37,601 nucleotides of DNA from Allosphingosinicella sp. (lineage in GTDB: Bacteria > Pseudomonadota > Alphaproteobacteria > Sphingomonadales > Sphingomonadaceae), in assembly GCA_036386995.1 (NCBI GenBank), contig DASVUO010000306.1:1-37601 (forward strand), written 5' to 3'. Positions 9,787 to 19,840 of this stretch are shown piece after piece. The translations under genes and the position numbers were made by a program. Below the pieces are notes generated by a model. That model worked only from the letters and a program-made list of their open reading frames with translations, searched no databases and was not told the origin of the DNA. Within the stretch, counting starts at the first letter, position 1, and each line of letters starts with the position of its first letter.

Positions 9787-10593
9787 GTGGATGTAGTGAC
9801 CGATGACGCGGCGGAGATCGCCGGGCGCTTCCTTGCCGCGCGCCGTTCGGGCGACGGCCTTGGCGCATTTCCGGGCGATTTGCCGGAGACGCTGGACCAA
9901 GCCTACACGATTCAGGATCGCGCGATTGCCGCCTGGGGCAAGGCGGTCATCGGTTGGAAGGTCGGGCGAATCAACCCGCCGCTCTCCGAACGCTTTGGCA
10001 CAGATCGCCTCACCGGGCCGATATTCGTTTCGGAGACTGTTCTGCCCGACAAACCGGAGCCGGCCATGCCGGTGTTCGGCGAGGGCTTTGCCGCGGGCGA
10101 GGCGGAGTTCCTGCTGCGCATCGGCCGGGCACCTGCCGCAGGGCAGGCGCGGTTCACGCTCGAGGAGACCGCTGAGCTGATCGAGGCTGTGCATGTCGGG
10201 ATCGAGGTGGCGAGTTCGCCGCTAGAGCCGATCAATCGGATCGGCCCGATCGCGGTAATTTCCGACTTCGGGAACAACAACGGCCTCGTCATCGGCCGCG
10301 AGATTCCCGATTGGCGCTCCAGTGGCTTCGAAGGCTGGAAGGTCGAGACGGTGATCGACGGCGCCTCCGTGGGCATTGGTCATGCCGAAGCCTTTCCGGA
10401 CGGCGCGATTGGCGCCGCGCGCTTCCTATTCGAGCTAATGGCGCGGCGGGGCATTTCGCTTCAGCCAGGCCAGTGGATTTCGTCTGGCGCCGTGACGGGC
10501 GTGCACGATGCCCACCCCGGACAGCGGGTCGAGGCGCGCTTTGCCCCCGGCTTCACGGTGGCGTGCAGCCTGGTTCCTGTGCGCGGAGAATAG
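9787..10593 (+). CDS. FAH-superfamily protein, 2-keto-4-pentenoate hydratase-like
   Basis: AYTIQD, GWKVG, GEAEF, GIEVASS, GQWISSGAVTG. Start uncertain (9766, 9787 or 9796). Confidence 0.82.
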   Translation: MDVVTDDAAEIAGRFLAARRSGDGLGAFPGDLPETLDQAYTIQDRAIAAWGKAVIGWKVGRINPPLSERFGTDRLTGPIFVSETVLPDKPEPAMPVFGEGFAAGEAEFLLRIGRAPAAGQARFTLEETAELIEAVHVGIEVASSPLEPINRIGPIAVISDFGNNNGLVIGREIPDWRSSGFEGWKVETVIDGASVGIGHAEAFPDGAIGAARFLFELMARRGISLQPGQWISSGAVTGVHDAHPGQRVEARFAPGFTVACSLVPVRGE

Positions 10594-10703
10594 GTTTTGC
10601 GCTCCGAGGCTGAGCTCGCTGGTCTTCTGGTGCCTGCTTTGACGCCTCTTCGGATTCTCCGGGCTTCCCACCTCCGCCACCCCCGCCTCGACGATGAGTC
10701 CGA

Positions 10704-10732
10704 TTGTGCATGACACCGGTGTCCTCTACACT
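10704..10732 (+). promoter_or_regulatory. Sigma70-like promoter with operator 4 (10711-10724) in the spacer
   Basis: TTGTGC-17 nt-TACACT; the spacer contains TGACACCGGTGTCC. Same layout as at 9729. Confidence 0.78.
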
Positions 10733-10774
10733 CCCGGCAAAGCCCGCTAGAAGGGCTGCGGAAGGGATATCTGA

Positions 10775-12067
10775 ATGGCCGAGACCTTTAGGGAGGGCGC
10801 CGACAGCCGCGCGCCTAAACTCAGCGTAGGGCGGGTGCGATGGGGCATTTGCGCCCTCCTCTTCTTCGCCACGACGATCAACTATATCGACCGGCAGATG
10901 ATCAGCGTCCTCAAGCCGACGCTGCAGGCCGAATATGGCTGGGACGAATCGACCTACGCCAACATCGTCTTCTCCTTCCAGCTCGCTTACGCGATCGGCT
11001 ACGTCGCCTTTGGGCGGCTGATCGACAAACTGGGCGCCCGCTTCGGCTACTCGCTCGCCGCCGGCATCTGGGGCCTCGCGGCGATGGCCCATGCGCTGGC
11101 CAACAACGCCACCCACTTCATGATGGCCCGCTTCGCGCTCGGCATCGGCGAATCGGGCAATTTCCCGGCGGGCGTCAAGGCGGTCGCAGAGTGGTTCCCG
11201 AAGAAGGAACGCGCATTCGCGATCGGCATCTTCAACGCCGGCGCCAATATCGGCGCGATCCTGACCCCGCTGATGGCACCCTGGCTGGTGCTCTGGTTCG
11301 GCTGGCGCGTAGCCTTCGTTTTCACCGGCGCGATCGTCTTCATCTGGCTGGCTTTCTGGTGGACCAACTACCGCCGCCCCCGGGAGAAGAAGAGCCTCAG
11401 CGCCGAAGAGCTTGCGTATATCGAGAGCGACCCGGCCGACCCCCCCGGCGACGTGAAATGGCTGCCGTTGCTGCGCCACCGCCAAACCTGGGCCTATGCG
11501 CTGGGCAAGTTCATGATCGATCCCGTCTGGTGGTTCTTCCTGTTCTGGCTGCCCGATTTCTTCTCCAAGCAGCACGGACTCGACCTCAAGACCTTCGGCC
11601 CGCCGCTCGCCGCCATCTACATCCTCTCCGACGTCGGAAGCGTCGGCGGCGGCTGGCTGTCGTCCAAGTTGATCAAGCGCGGGTGGAGCGTCAATGCGGG
11701 GCGCAAGACGGCGATGCTGGTCTGCGCCTTGTGCGTGCCGCCGGTGATGTTCGCGCCGGGCATCGACAATGTCTGGGGCGCGGTGCTGCTGATCGGCCTC
11801 GCCACCGCCGCGCACCAGGGCTTCTCCGCCAATCTCTACACCCTCCCCTCGGACCTCTTCCCGCGAAAGGCGGTGGGGGCGATCATCGGCATCGGCGGGA
11901 CGCTGGGCGCGATCGGCGGCATGTTCATGGCCAAGTTCACCGGCTGGGTGCTGGACGCGACGGGGAGCTACATGCCGATGTTCGTGATCGCGGGCTCGAT
12001 GTACCTGCTGGCGCTGCTCGTCATCCACCTGCTGGTGCCGCGGATGGAAGAAACCACGGGAATCTGA
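10775..12067 (+). CDS. exuT: MFS hexuronate transporter (ExuT-like, ACS family)
   Basis: RW.ICALLFFATTINYIDRQ, ESGNFPAGVKAVAEWFPKKER, DPVWWFFLFWLP, AHQGFSAN; about 12 TM segments. Confidence 0.88.
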   Translation: MAETFREGADSRAPKLSVGRVRWGICALLFFATTINYIDRQMISVLKPTLQAEYGWDESTYANIVFSFQLAYAIGYVAFGRLIDKLGARFGYSLAAGIWGLAAMAHALANNATHFMMARFALGIGESGNFPAGVKAVAEWFPKKERAFAIGIFNAGANIGAILTPLMAPWLVLWFGWRVAFVFTGAIVFIWLAFWWTNYRRPREKKSLSAEELAYIESDPADPPGDVKWLPLLRHRQTWAYALGKFMIDPVWWFFLFWLPDFFSKQHGLDLKTFGPPLAAIYILSDVGSVGGGWLSSKLIKRGWSVNAGRKTAMLVCALCVPPVMFAPGIDNVWGAVLLIGLATAAHQGFSANLYTLPSDLFPRKAVGAIIGIGGTLGAIGGMFMAKFTGWVLDATGSYMPMFVIAGSMYLLALLVIHLLVPRMEETTGI

Positions 12068-12076
12068 TCCCCGCAC

Positions 12077-12835
12077 GTGCCGACCGACTTGCACTTCTAC
12101 CTCTTCGCCATCCCAGCGGTACTGCTGATCGGGCTGGCGAAGGGGGGCTTTGCGGGGCTTGGCGCGCTCGGTACGCCGCTGATGGCGCTCGGCATCGACG
12201 ATCCGGTGCGCGCCGCCGCGATCCTGCTGCCGATCCTCCTTGCCCAGGACGTGGTCGGCGTTGCCGCCTTCCGGAAAAGCTGGGACGGTTCGGTTCTTCT
12301 CGCCATGCTGCCGGGGGCGGTTGTGGGCATCGCTCTCGGCTGGCTGCTGGCGGCGCGGATTTCGTCGGACGCGGTGATGGCGGTGCTTGGCGCGATTACC
12401 GTCCTGTTCGGCGGCTTTCGGCTTTGGGCGGAGCGCGGCGGGCAAATCGCGGCGCCGTCGGACTCGCCAGGCTGGGTCGGCTCGCTGTTCGGAGTGGCGA
12501 CCGGCTTCACCAGCCAGATCGCCCATGCGGGCGGGCCGCCTTTCCAGATGTGGGTGATGCCGAAGCGCCTGCCGCGCGACGTGCTCGTGGGCACGTCCGC
12601 GATCTTCTTTGCAATGGTCAACTGGATCAAGGTGCCGGCCTACCTTTCGCTTGGGCAGTTCACGAGCGCGAACATGGCTGCGACGGCGGTTCTGCTGCCG
12701 TTCGCGGTGCTGGCGAGCCTAGCGGGGGTGAAGCTGGTACGCCGCGTGTCGCCCGAGCGCTTCTACAAGATCGTCTACTGGTTGATGATCGTCGCGGGCG
12801 GCAAGCTGCTGCTGGGCGGCATCGGCCTCGCCTGA
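12077..12835 (+). CDS. TauE/SafE (TSUP) family permease
   Basis: [37 protein letters not shown]; about 8 hydrophobic segments. Confidence 0.85.
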   Translation: MPTDLHFYLFAIPAVLLIGLAKGGFAGLGALGTPLMALGIDDPVRAAAILLPILLAQDVVGVAAFRKSWDGSVLLAMLPGAVVGIALGWLLAARISSDAVMAVLGAITVLFGGFRLWAERGGQIAAPSDSPGWVGSLFGVATGFTSQIAHAGGPPFQMWVMPKRLPRDVLVGTSAIFFAMVNWIKVPAYLSLGQFTSANMAATAVLLPFAVLASLAGVKLVRRVSPERFYKIVYWLMIVAGGKLLLGGIGLA

Positions 12836-12845
12836 GGAGAAGAAG

Positions 12846-13754
12846 ATGAGCCCCGACGAGATGGCGCGGACGATCGGCTCCGGCCTGCTGTCCTTTCCCG
12901 TGACGCACTTTCGTGCCGATCTGTCGTTCGACGAGGATTCCTACCGTGCCCATTGCGCCTGGCTGCTGGAGCGGGAGGTGGCGGGGCTGTTCGCGGCGGG
13001 CGGGACCGGCGAATTCTTCTCGCTGACCCCGGCCGAAGTGGAGCGCGTGGTTCGCGCGGCCGTGCAGGAGACCGCCGGCCGGGTGCCTGTGATCGCGGGC
13101 TGCGGCTATGGCACGGCGATGGCGGTGGAGCTTGCCCGCGCGGCGGAGGCGGCCGGAGCCGACGGGTTGTTACTGCTGCCGCCTTACCTGATGAAGCCCG
13201 GCCAGGAGGGCCTTTCCGCCCATGTCGAGGCGGTGTGCCGCGCCACCGGCCTCGGCGTCATCGTTTACAACCGCGACAACGCGGTGCTGGGCGAGGACGC
13301 GCTAGCACGGCTTGCCGAGCGCAATCCGAACCTAGTGGGCTTCAAGGACGGAGTCGGCGATCTCGAGCTGATGGCGCGGATCGTGTCGCGGATGGGGGAC
13401 CGGCTGACCTATATCGGCGGGCTGCCGACGGCGGAGACCTTCGCGCTTCCCTATCTCGAGATGGGGGTGACGACCTACTCGTCCGCGATCTTCAACTTCC
13501 TTCCGGACTGGGCCGTTGCTTTCTACCAGGCCGTCCGGGCCGGCGACCCCGCGGCGGTGAAGCGCGAGCTCGACCGCTTCGTTCTCCCCTACGTCGCCCT
13601 GCGCAATCGCGGCGCGGGGTACGCCGTGTCGATCGTCAAGGCGGGGATGAACGCGGTGGGGAGACCCGCCGGGCCGGTGCGCCCGCCGCTCACCGATCTG
13701 CGACCTGAGGAAATCGACGAACTGCGCGGGTTGATCGCCGGGCTCGAGAGATGA
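12846..13754 (+). CDS. kdgD: 5-dehydro-4-deoxyglucarate dehydratase (DapA family)
   Basis: [62 protein letters not shown]. Confidence 0.93.
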   Translation: MSPDEMARTIGSGLLSFPVTHFRADLSFDEDSYRAHCAWLLEREVAGLFAAGGTGEFFSLTPAEVERVVRAAVQETAGRVPVIAGCGYGTAMAVELARAAEAAGADGLLLLPPYLMKPGQEGLSAHVEAVCRATGLGVIVYNRDNAVLGEDALARLAERNPNLVGFKDGVGDLELMARIVSRMGDRLTYIGGLPTAETFALPYLEMGVTTYSSAIFNFLPDWAVAFYQAVRAGDPAAVKRELDRFVLPYVALRNRGAGYAVSIVKAGMNAVGRPAGPVRPPLTDLRPEEIDELRGLIAGLER

Positions 13755-13765
13755 CACCGGTATCA
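13752..13765 (+). promoter_or_regulatory. LacI-type operator 5 (TGACACCGGTATCA), overlapping the kdgD stop, upstream of the pectate lyase
   Basis: Near-perfect palindrome; exact TGACACCGGT core. Confidence 0.78.
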
Positions 13766-13785
13766 GAGGCTGGTACAAGAACGCT

Positions 13786-15120
13786 ATGTCGCTGATCTTC
13801 CTCGCCCTCGCCGCCGCTTCGGCCCCTGCCGCTACCCCGGCTTTTCCAGGCGCGGAGGGCGCAGGCGCCCTGTCCCGAGGCGGACGCGGCGGCCGGGTCA
13901 TCCGGGTTACGACGCTGGAAGACAGCGGCGAAGGCTCCCTGCGCGCTGCGGTGGAAGCCAAGGGGGCGCGCACGATAGTGTTCGACGTCGGCGGCAATAT
14001 TCGCCTGAAGAAGCCGCTGGTGGTGAAGAACGGCCAGGTGACGATCGCCGGCCAGACCGCACCGGGTGGCGGCATCACCTTTCGGGACCGGCACATCGAA
14101 ATCGAGGCCGACGACGTGGTGGTGCGCTACATCCGCGCCCGCCTCGGCGACGAGAGCCGGGTCGAGAGCGATGCCTTCACGATCAGCTCGGGCCGCCGGA
14201 TCATCGTCGACCATGTCTCGGCCGGCTGGTCGGTGGACGAATCCCTTTCCTCGGGCTCGCGCTACCGCACGCCAAAGGAAGACCTTCGCGACGTCACCGT
14301 GCAATGGTCGATCATCTCGGAATCGATGCGCAAGTCCGTCCACGCCAAGGGCGAGCATGGCTACGGCTCGCTGCTTCGCGGCGGCCGCGGCGCCAGGATG
14401 AGCTTCCACCACAATCTTTGGGCGCACCACGGCGCGCGCATGCCGCGACCCGGCAATTACGCCAAGCCGGCGGAGGACAGCGTCGGCGCCTATTTCGATT
14501 TCCGCTCCAACGTCTTCTACAACTGGGGTGGCTCTTATGCCGGCTACAATGCCGACAGCGGCGAGAATGCTTCGCACGCCGCCTACAACTTCGTCGACAA
14601 CGCCTACAAAGCTGGGCCGGACACCAAGAAGGCGGTGGCCTTCGACGACAAGAACCCGATCGCCCGCGCCTGGTTCTCGGGGAACAGCATGAACGGCGTC
14701 GTGCCGCGCGATCCGTGGAGCCTGGTGACGGGCCGCACCGACCCCCAATACCGGCTCGGCGGTCCGCTCAGCTTCCCCGCCGTCACCCGCGATCCTGCCG
14801 GACGCGCGTACGACAAGGTGCTGGCCTCGGCAGGCGCCTCCCGCTTCCGCGACCCGGTCGATGCGAGGGTGGTGGAGACGGTGCGCTCCGGCACCGGCCG
14901 GATCATCGACAGCCAGAACGATGTCGGCGGCTGGCCGGAGCTTGCCGCCGGGACCCCGTGGCGCGACGGCGACGGCGACGGCATGCCCGACGATTGGGAA
15001 CGCCGCCACGGCCACAATGCCGCCGATGCGAGCGACGGCAACGGGGACAAGGACGGCGACGGCTACACCAACCTGGAAGAGTGGCTGAACAGCCTCGCTG
15101 CTCCCCTTCCCGGCCGCTGA
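13786..15120 (+). CDS. Secreted pectate lyase, PL1 family
   Basis: Signal peptide, AFPGAEGAG..SRGGRGG, TIAGQTAPGGG, IVDHVSAGWSVDE, HHNLWAH..RMPR, C-terminal DGDGDGMPD.WE / DGDGYTNLEEWLN. Confidence 0.9.
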   Translation: MSLIFLALAAASAPAATPAFPGAEGAGALSRGGRGGRVIRVTTLEDSGEGSLRAAVEAKGARTIVFDVGGNIRLKKPLVVKNGQVTIAGQTAPGGGITFRDRHIEIEADDVVVRYIRARLGDESRVESDAFTISSGRRIIVDHVSAGWSVDESLSSGSRYRTPKEDLRDVTVQWSIISESMRKSVHAKGEHGYGSLLRGGRGARMSFHHNLWAHHGARMPRPGNYAKPAEDSVGAYFDFRSNVFYNWGGSYAGYNADSGENASHAAYNFVDNAYKAGPDTKKAVAFDDKNPIARAWFSGNSMNGVVPRDPWSLVTGRTDPQYRLGGPLSFPAVTRDPAGRAYDKVLASAGASRFRDPVDARVVETVRSGTGRIIDSQNDVGGWPELAAGTPWRDGDGDGMPDDWERRHGHNAADASDGNGDKDGDGYTNLEEWLNSLAAPLPGR

Positions 15121-15122
15121 CA

Positions 15123-16163
15123 ATGATCCTGCTTTCCCGCCGCACCTTCTGCGCCGGGATTTCCGCCGCCGCCGTTGCGCCTGGGGCCGAGGCTCGCACG
15201 GCAGGCTTCGATGCGGTGGTGCGCAAGGCGGGCGGCACCCATTCCAGCCTTGCCGAAGCGCTGGCCGCCGCGCCGCCGGGCGATAGCCCTTACCGGGTTC
15301 TGCTTGGCCGCGGCCGCTGGGAGGAGCGGATCACGGTGTCGCGCGCCAACGTCGCGATCGTCGGGGAAGACCGGCGCGGCAGCGTGCTTAGGGCCGCAGT
15401 TGCTTCCGGCCTAGCGAAGCCCCCCGGCGGCACCTGGGGCACCTATGGCTCAGCGACGCTGACCGTGGAGGCACCGGGATTTTCCGCGAGCAAGCTCACC
15501 GTCGAGAACAGCTTCGATTACCGGGCCAACATGATGAGCCAGGCGGTCAAGGACGCACAGGCCGTCCCGCTCCTGCTCGGCCGGGGCGCAGACCGATCAG
15601 TCATCGACGATTGCGACCTGCTCGGGCACCAGGACACCTTCCACCCGCGCGAGGGGCGGGCGCTGGTGCGGGGCTGCCTTGTCGCGGGTCATGTCGACTT
15701 CATCTTCGGCGGGGCAGCGGTCCTGTTCGAGGGCTGCGAAATCCGCACCCGCCTGCGCCCGGGGGAGGCGCTGCAGGGCTATGTCGCGGCGCCGAGCACC
15801 CCTCGCACCCAGCCGTATGGCCTGGTCTTCGACCGCTGCCGCCTAACTCGCGAAGCGGGCGTGCAGAACGCGTCCACCTGGCTTGGGCGGCCGTGGCGGT
15901 CGGGCGGCAATACGGAGCTGCTCGGCCACGCCGCCTTCCTCGATTGCTGGATGGACGGCCACATCCACCCGGACGGCTGGACCTGGATGGGGTATCGCGG
16001 CCCCGGCGGCTATCCCGTGCGGCTTGAGCCCGGCGACGCGCGCTTGTTCGAGCATGGCAGCGGGGGTCCCGGCGCCCGCCGCTCCCCCTCACGCCGACAG
16101 CTTAGCGCCGCCGAAGCGGGTCGATGCCGACGCGATGTGCTCGCCGGCTGGCAGCCTGCCTGA
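15123..16163 (+). CDS. Pectin methylesterase (CE8) with Tat-like signal
   Basis: C-terminal part of ORF 14304-16163 from ATG 15123: SRRTF signal, GTYGSAT, QAV, GHQDT, GHVDFIFG, LGRPW. Confidence 0.9.
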   Translation: MILLSRRTFCAGISAAAVAPGAEARTAGFDAVVRKAGGTHSSLAEALAAAPPGDSPYRVLLGRGRWEERITVSRANVAIVGEDRRGSVLRAAVASGLAKPPGGTWGTYGSATLTVEAPGFSASKLTVENSFDYRANMMSQAVKDAQAVPLLLGRGADRSVIDDCDLLGHQDTFHPREGRALVRGCLVAGHVDFIFGGAAVLFEGCEIRTRLRPGEALQGYVAAPSTPRTQPYGLVFDRCRLTREAGVQNASTWLGRPWRSGGNTELLGHAAFLDCWMDGHIHPDGWTWMGYRGPGGYPVRLEPGDARLFEHGSGGPGARRSPSRRQLSAAEAGRCRRDVLAGWQPA

Positions 16164-16164
16164 C

Positions 16165-16198
16165 AAAAAAGAGCGGCAGACCCGAAGGTCCGCCGCTC
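16165..16198 (-). terminator. Rho-independent terminator of the TonB receptor gene
   Basis: Minus strand GAGCGGCGGACC-TTCG-GGTCTGCCGCTC-TTTTTT, between convergent genes. Confidence 0.88.
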
Positions 16199-16223
16199 CA
16201 AATCGAGCTCGGGGAGAGCTTTC

Positions 16224-19200
16224 TCAGAAAGTCACGCGCGCGCCCGCAGTGAAAACCCGGCCCGTGGATTGATAGAGCTGCGACACCGGATTGGCCTCGT
16301 ACATCGTGCGGCGCGTGGTCTCGTTGGTGAGGTTGCGCGCCTCGAAGGTCAGCCGGACCCAATCGGTGAGATTGTAGGATGTCGCGAAATCCACGTTGAG
16401 CGTGTTCTCGGTGTAGCCGAAGTCCGCGATCACCGGCGAGTTGCACGGCCCCCCCGCATTGGTGGTGATGCCCGGCGAGCAGGTACCGGCGGCGAGCGGG
16501 AAGCGGTTCACATAGCGCTCGCGGTACGCGGTCGAGACACGGGCCGAGAAGCGCTTGTCCTCGTAATAGACTGTGGCGTTGAACGCGTCCGGCGAGGTGT
16601 TGAGGAAGGGGCCGGTGGCGAAGCTGTTCGCCGCAGTCCCGCTCGCCTGCCCGCGCCGCGTGTTGAGCACGGTGTTGGTGAGGTAAGTGAGCTTTGAATC
16701 GATGTGCGTATAGTTCGCCGTGATGCCGAAGTTCTCGAACGCCGGCGCGATGAAGCCGAAATCCGTCTGGACGTTAACCTCGAAACCCTTGATCGTGCCG
16801 CCCGGGGCGTCCTGGAATTGGCGCACACCGAAGACGCCGCCCGCCGCAATATAGTCGCGGAACTGGGCGTTGGTGAACTGGGCGAGGAGCTGCTCGTAGA
16901 TGGCCGGCTCGAACACCGATTGGAGCGGCACCTCGGCCGCGACCTGCTGCGGGAAGCTCTCCAAGTTCTTGTAGAATAAGGTCACGCCGACCAGGCCGCT
17001 GCGCCCGAAATACCGCTCGAAGCTGAGATCGAAATTGCTCGATCGGAAGGGCTTCAGATAGGGGTTGCCGACGGTGATGGTAGGCGCGGCCCCGGCATTG
17101 TTCAGTGCGCCGGTGATGTTCGGGAAGGAGGTCGTCCCCGGCGTCAGCGCGGAAAGCTGCGGCCGCGAGATCGTCTGGGAGGCAGCGAAGCGCACGAGGA
17201 AGTTTTCGGTGGCTTCCCAATTGGCGTTCAGCGCCGGCAGAAAGTCGTAATAGGTGTTGCGCGCCGTGACCGGAATGCCCGCCTCGCCATCGGTGGCACC
17301 GACTCGGCCGCGGCCGGTTACCTGAGTGCGGGCGACGCGGAGGCCGGCATTGCCGCGCAGCGGACGGCCGAACAGCTCCATATCGAAATCGAGCTGGAAG
17401 AAGGCCGACATGTCGCGCTCGCGCACCGCATTGTTGTTGCGACCGTCCGGAACCACGCGGAAGTCGCCCCATTCGTTTACGCAGTTGCAGTCGATGCCGA
17501 ACTCACGGCGGAAGGCGTTGAGGTCGGGCACGAAGATGCTGGTCGGTGTGCCTTCCGAGACGTTGAGGCCCTGGCCGAAGCCGACCGTCTTCCCAAGGTC
17601 AGTGATCGCTAGGTTTGCTTCCTGAAGCGTGGGATTGATCGCCTCGATGTCCTGACTGCGCCGCTCCTGGTTGGAGGCGAAATCGAACTGCTTGAATGTG
17701 CCGCCCCAGCGGATGGTCAATTCGTCATTGGCTTCATAGGCGAAGTTGAGCCGGGCAACGCGGAACTCGTTGTCGACGCGCGTCGTGATGTAGCGGATCG
17801 CGGAAAGGCCCTTGACCAGCGTCCACTGGTTGGGGTCGCTCGGATCGAAGCCCGGGCTGAACACCGGCATGTCGCCACCGTCGCGCTCGTCGAACACATA
17901 ATTGTCGCGGTCGAGCGAGTTGAACTCGGCAAGCAGCCCGACTCCGCGGAATTCGGAGCGCGAATAGCCGATCGTCGCGTCCGCGCTGAGCCGGTCGCCA
18001 AACTCCTGCGTGACGTTCAGTGTGCCCTGATAGAAGTTCGTCTCGCCGAACTGGGCGTCGGCCGAGCTGCGCCAATCGACGTCGTCGAGCAGGAGGTAAT
18101 CGGCCTGGCCCGCCTCGTTGACGTGGGCCTCGCGCACCTTAGTGTTGGTGCGCCCGATCAGCGGCACGAAGCCCGCGAGGTTGTCGGTGCTCGGGATGAA
18201 GCCCGGCGAAGTTGGCGAATTATAATAGTCGAAGACGTCGCGGTTACGCGGATTGTAGCTGTTGATCGTGCCGGGAAGCAGCACGCCGCCTGCCGCCGTC
18301 TGGCCGCATTCCGCGAACTGGACCCGGCAGGCGGGGAACAGGCCCGCCGTGATCGCTCCGGTGGTCGCGTTCACCGAGCCGATACGGTCGTTGACGCCGT
18401 TCTGATTGAGCGTGCCATTGGCGTTGCGCAGCGCCCGGATGCCCGCAGTGCCAGTCTGCAGGAAGCGGGGATTGGCGCCGCCGGTGCCGGTCGGGAAGTT
18501 ACGGTTGAGCCCAATGGGCGTGATCGCGTTTTGAGTGCTGTCCTGCCGGTAGCGCGAATAAACGCCGTCCAGGACGATCTCGGTGCGGCTGGTGGGCCGC
18601 CACTGCGCCGTCGCCGTTGCGCCGAGGCGATCGTAGGAAAGGTCCTGACGGCCGATCGAAGGCAAAGCGGGGATGATCGTGGTCGGCGACAGCAACGCCG
18701 CGGCGGCCGGGTTTGAACCAAAGGTCGGGCCTGTGCCGCCGGGACGGGCGAAGCCGAAAGCGGGCGGGGTGACGCCCGGGATCTGCGAGTTGCGGTAGAG
18801 ATATTCGAACGACCCGATGCCGCGCTGGTAGCGGTCGATCTGCTGCCTCTGCTCCTGATAAGCAACGGAGGCGAGAATGCCGAAATTGTCGGCGATCCGG
18901 ATGGACGCCAGGCCGGTGAGGCGCGGGTTCCAGGTAGAGCCGTTCTCACGGTACTCGCCCTCGGCACCGACCAGAAAACGGTTTTCCTTGTAGGCGAGGG
19001 GTCGGCCGGTGGTGAGATCGATGATCGCACCAAGTGAGCCTTCGTCGTTCACCGCGGCCGTGGTCTTGGTGACCTTGATGTTGCTGAAAAGTTCGGAGGC
19101 GAAGGTGTTGAAATCGAAACCGCGGGTGCGATTGGCGCCGGCATCGGACGAGTTGCCGCCCGCGACGGAGAGGGCGTCGGCACCGTTCAGCCGGGTCATC

Positions 19201-19694
19201 TGGAAGTCGCCGCCGAGGCCGCGGATGGTGACCGAGCGGCCTTCGCCATTATCGCGGTCGATCGACACGCCCGGCAGGCGCTGGATCGATTCGGCAAGGT
19301 TCGCATCCGGGAAATCGGCGATATCCTCTGCGGTGATCGCGTCGATGATCTGGTCCGAACGGCGCTTCTGGCTGAGCGCGTTTTGAAGCGAGGCGCGGAA
19401 ACCGGTAACAACGATTTCTTCGTTCGGATCGCTTGCGGCGGCGTCCCCTGTCGGCGCGGCCTCCTCGGCCACCGTTTCGGAGCCGGGTTCAGCCGTATCG
19501 GCAGGCTGCGCGGCCTGCGCTGCTTGGCCAGCAGGCGTGGAAGCGTTGGGCAGCGGCTGCGCCTGGAGGGCTCCGGTAAGAAGCACAGGATTCTGCGCTT
19601 GGCCCGTTGCCGCAAAAGCCGGCGCCGCGGCAAGGGCCGCGACGATCATCGCGCCCGTCGAAACGGTGCACGCGAGTGGGGAAATCCGCTTCAA
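16224..19694 (-). CDS. TonB-dependent receptor, probable oligogalacturonide uptake
   Basis: EEIVVTGFRASL TonB box, plug DAITAEDIADFPDANLAESIQRLPGV, GNPYLKPF, terminal Phe. TTG 19694 follows an AGGAGAG RBS. Confidence 0.92.
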   Translation of the reverse strand: MKRISPLACTVSTGAMIVAALAAAPAFAATGQAQNPVLLTGALQAQPLPNASTPAGQAAQAAQPADTAEPGSETVAEEAAPTGDAAASDPNEEIVVTGFRASLQNALSQKRRSDQIIDAITAEDIADFPDANLAESIQRLPGVSIDRDNGEGRSVTIRGLGGDFQMTRLNGADALSVAGGNSSDAGANRTRGFDFNTFASELFSNIKVTKTTAAVNDEGSLGAIIDLTTGRPLAYKENRFLVGAEGEYRENGSTWNPRLTGLASIRIADNFGILASVAYQEQRQQIDRYQRGIGSFEYLYRNSQIPGVTPPAFGFARPGGTGPTFGSNPAAAALLSPTTIIPALPSIGRQDLSYDRLGATATAQWRPTSRTEIVLDGVYSRYRQDSTQNAITPIGLNRNFPTGTGGANPRFLQTGTAGIRALRNANGTLNQNGVNDRIGSVNATTGAITAGLFPACRVQFAECGQTAAGGVLLPGTINSYNPRNRDVFDYYNSPTSPGFIPSTDNLAGFVPLIGRTNTKVREAHVNEAGQADYLLLDDVDWRSSADAQFGETNFYQGTLNVTQEFGDRLSADATIGYSRSEFRGVGLLAEFNSLDRDNYVFDERDGGDMPVFSPGFDPSDPNQWTLVKGLSAIRYITTRVDNEFRVARLNFAYEANDELTIRWGGTFKQFDFASNQERRSQDIEAINPTLQEANLAITDLGKTVGFGQGLNVSEGTPTSIFVPDLNAFRREFGIDCNCVNEWGDFRVVPDGRNNNAVRERDMSAFFQLDFDMELFGRPLRGNAGLRVARTQVTGRGRVGATDGEAGIPVTARNTYYDFLPALNANWEATENFLVRFAASQTISRPQLSALTPGTTSFPNITGALNNAGAAPTITVGNPYLKPFRSSNFDLSFERYFGRSGLVGVTLFYKNLESFPQQVAAEVPLQSVFEPAIYEQLLAQFTNAQFRDYIAAGGVFGVRQFQDAPGGTIKGFEVNVQTDFGFIAPAFENFGITANYTHIDSKLTYLTNTVLNTRRGQASGTAANSFATGPFLNTSPDAFNATVYYEDKRFSARVSTAYRERYVNRFPLAAGTCSPGITTNAGGPCNSPVIADFGYTENTLNVDFATSYNLTDWVRLTFEARNLTNETTRRTMYEANPVSQLYQSTGRVFTAGARVTF

Positions 19695-19759
19695 GCTCTC
19701 TCTCCTATTTGCCTGTGGCCCCGCCGGCTCGTGCCGATCTCTGGTTCCTGCCGGGTTCA

Positions 19760-19773
19760 TGTCACCGGTGTCA
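19760..19773 (-). promoter_or_regulatory. LacI-type operator 6 (TGACACCGGTGACA) upstream of the TonB receptor
   Basis: 13/14 match to the palindrome TGACACCGGTGTCA. Confidence 0.8.
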
Positions 19774-19840
19774 TAAGGCATTGATAACAGCGAATCCGCC
19801 GCGTGCGCAAGAGCAGGATTTCAGTGGCTTAGGGCCCAGT

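Noticed and set aside
10553-12849. Long ORFs 10553-12526 (-) and 10840-12849 (+)
   Set aside because: Arg/Gly/Pro-rich shadow frames over exuT and the TauE gene, typical of high-GC DNA; no motifs.
14960-15090. GACGGCGAC repeats at the end of the pectate lyase
   Set aside because: They encode the ordinary DxDxDG calcium-binding tail of this PL1 subgroup; not a DNA repeat element.
13690-15123. ORF 13690-15123 (-) and the N-terminal extension of ORF 14304-16163
   Set aside because: Antisense or off-frame to the pectate lyase. The methylesterase starts at 15123 with its own signal peptide, so there is no fusion.
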